Of a stretch of DNA of 64,000 nucleotides, positions 62,712 through 64,000 are shown in pieces (positions within the stretch are counted from its first letter, which is position 1; each line of letters begins with the position of its first letter). The stretch lies in contig CDMY01000376.1 of NCBI GenBank assembly GCA_001179505.1, positions 248,001 through 312,000 on the forward strand, written 5' to 3'. The translations under genes and the position numbers were made by a program. Under the pieces are notes generated by a model. It saw nothing but the letters and a program-made list of their open reading frames with translations, ran no database searches and was not told the origin of the DNA. This DNA comes from Vitrella brassicaformis CCMP3155 (Eukaryota > Protista > Chromerida).

Positions 62712-64000
62712 ATGAATGGATCTGGCATCGATTTCGTCGTCGTTGGTGACATCTGCCAGACGCCATCCATCGATGACCTCGCCATCCTCACCAACACGGC
62801 CCTTGCAGTCGGATCTGACGGCTCGATTGTGTGGCAGTGCCCAGCCGAGGATGTGAGCGATATCGTTGAGGCGCATGCTGCTCAAGGACGCCTTCAGCGG
62901 CTGTCCAAGGGTCAGTTCCTGACGCCCGGATTCATTGATACGCACATTCACGCGTCACAGCACAGGTATGTCTATAGATCAGGCGGATCCATATCATTGG
63001 ATGCTCGGCCTGCAGTGCAGTTGCCTGCAGGGCAGTGCAGTATGCACTGCAGGAATGCTATGGGTGCCAGCTGACTCTTTGCTTCTGTGTGTGTTACAAT
63101 CAATGCGATATGATGTCATGCATTGGCTGCAGCTATGCGGGCACCGGCATGGACAAGCCGTTGATGGAGTGGCTGGACGCATACACATTCCCCGTGAGGG
63201 AGGGAGGGAGGGAGTCAAGCGGTCCATCTGTCGTGTCTATGGCCATGCACTCATCAGTAAGGTCCATTCATTGTTCCATCCTCTCGTCAGGTAGAGCGTC
63301 AGTTTGCCCATCTGCCGACAGCTGAGGTGCACTCTCTCTACCGCAGAGCTGTCAGACGGACACTCCGGAACGGCACCACGACAGCCGTGTACTTCGCCAC
63401 GGCTGACAGACAAGTACGCACACACGCGGGCTTGGTTGTGCACACACACACGCATGAAATGCACATTACACATTGTCTGTCTGTCTGACTGTGGGCGTGG
63501 CGTGTCATTCAGGCGAGTGAAGCCCTTGCTGACGTGTGTGCAGAGGAGGGGCAGCGGGCCTTCGTGGGCAAGATATCGATGGACAGGCACTGCCCTCCTG
63601 GTTACTGCGAGACCACTGAGAAGTCACTTGAAGAGACGGCGAGATTCATCGAGTCCTTCAGGCAACGCCCATCGATTGTGCAGCCTGTAGTGACACCACG
63701 GTTTATTCCCACATGCTCGGATGAGCTGCTGGCAGGTACGCATCGCATGCATTTACAGTGCACAGGGTCAGGCACAGCACAGACGCGCGGCGAATCCTTC
63801 CCTCTGTCCTTCCCTCGTGCTGTTTTAGGTCTCGGTGCGTTGGTTCGCGAGCACGGGTGCCACGTACAGTCGCACATGAGCGAGTCAATAGACGAGATGC
63901 AGTTCGTTGAGGCGATCCACCAGCTTAAGGATGACCACCACAAGCACAACCCGTATCCTCCATGCCCCACGGATGCTGAGATATTCGATCGACACGGCCT
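62712..64000 (+). CDS. GDA: Guanine deaminase (amidohydrolase superfamily), 3'-truncated by the window end
   Basis: FLTPGFIDTHIHASQ, AGTGMDKPLMEWLDAYTFP, TLRNGTTTAVYFAT, GQRAFVGKISMD, VVTPRFIPTCSDELL, HVQSHMSES. Confidence 0.95.

Larger units (their letters stand above)
1..64000. repeat. Pervasive intronic and UTR microsatellites: (CA)n/(TG)n, (GATG)n/(CATC)n, (CTGT)n/(ACAG)n, (GA)n
   Basis: Seen in most introns, e.g. 792-900, 2678-2780, 18141-18175, 23067-23110, 44381-44466. Confidence 0.97.

Noticed and set aside
1-64000. CRISPR arrays, rRNA/tRNA genes, transposase/RT ORFs, Sec or stop-codon recoding
   Set aside because: No repeat-spacer periodicity, RNA gene signature or mobile-element domain was seen, and the in-frame stops examined resolve as introns. 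Small ncRNAs cannot be excluded without Infernal/tRNAscan.
59974-64000. Functional link between the divergent MATE and guanine deaminase genes
   Set aside because: Head-to-head layout is the norm in this window, and nothing in the sequence ties the transporter to purine catabolism.

Overview
Gene-dense, very intron-rich eukaryotic nuclear DNA. Short GT-AG introns are packed with (CA)n/(TG)n, (GATG)n and (CTGT)n microsatellites, and coding sequence is GC3-rich. This style, a presequence-bearing nuclear rpoA and several flagellar genes point to a chromerid alveolate, most likely Vitrella brassicaformis (inference). Most ORF-track entries are intron or microsatellite artefacts, so genes were rebuilt by hand from exons and splice phases. 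About 17 genes are supported: an ABCD-type transporter (5' truncated), a MYCBP/FAP174-like protein, an unknown protein, a secreted Kazal + V8-like serine protease, a NIF/CTD phosphatase, WDR92, a VDE-like lipocalin, a lineage-specific family protein, a giant DUF3712/LEA_2-repeat (Tag1-like) membrane protein, plastid-type RNA polymerase alpha (rpoA), TFIIA alpha/beta, CCDC40, a small secreted protein with an inverted 5'-truncated copy, a PH-CLU-TPR protein, a UPF0193/EVG1-like protein, a MATE transporter and guanine deaminase (3' truncated). There are two 300-N assembly gaps. Highlights: (1) near-perfect +/- strand alternation, broken only by two secreted-protein genes, one flanked by diverged direct repeats and the other by an inverted duplication; (2) introns polarised CA-rich 5' / TG-rich 3' that could fold back; (3) nuclear rpoA with a long unexplained N-terminal extension; (4) a PH domain fused to a CLU protein; (5) non-3n tandem duplications inside exons. 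No rRNA, tRNA, CRISPR array or transposase was recognised.
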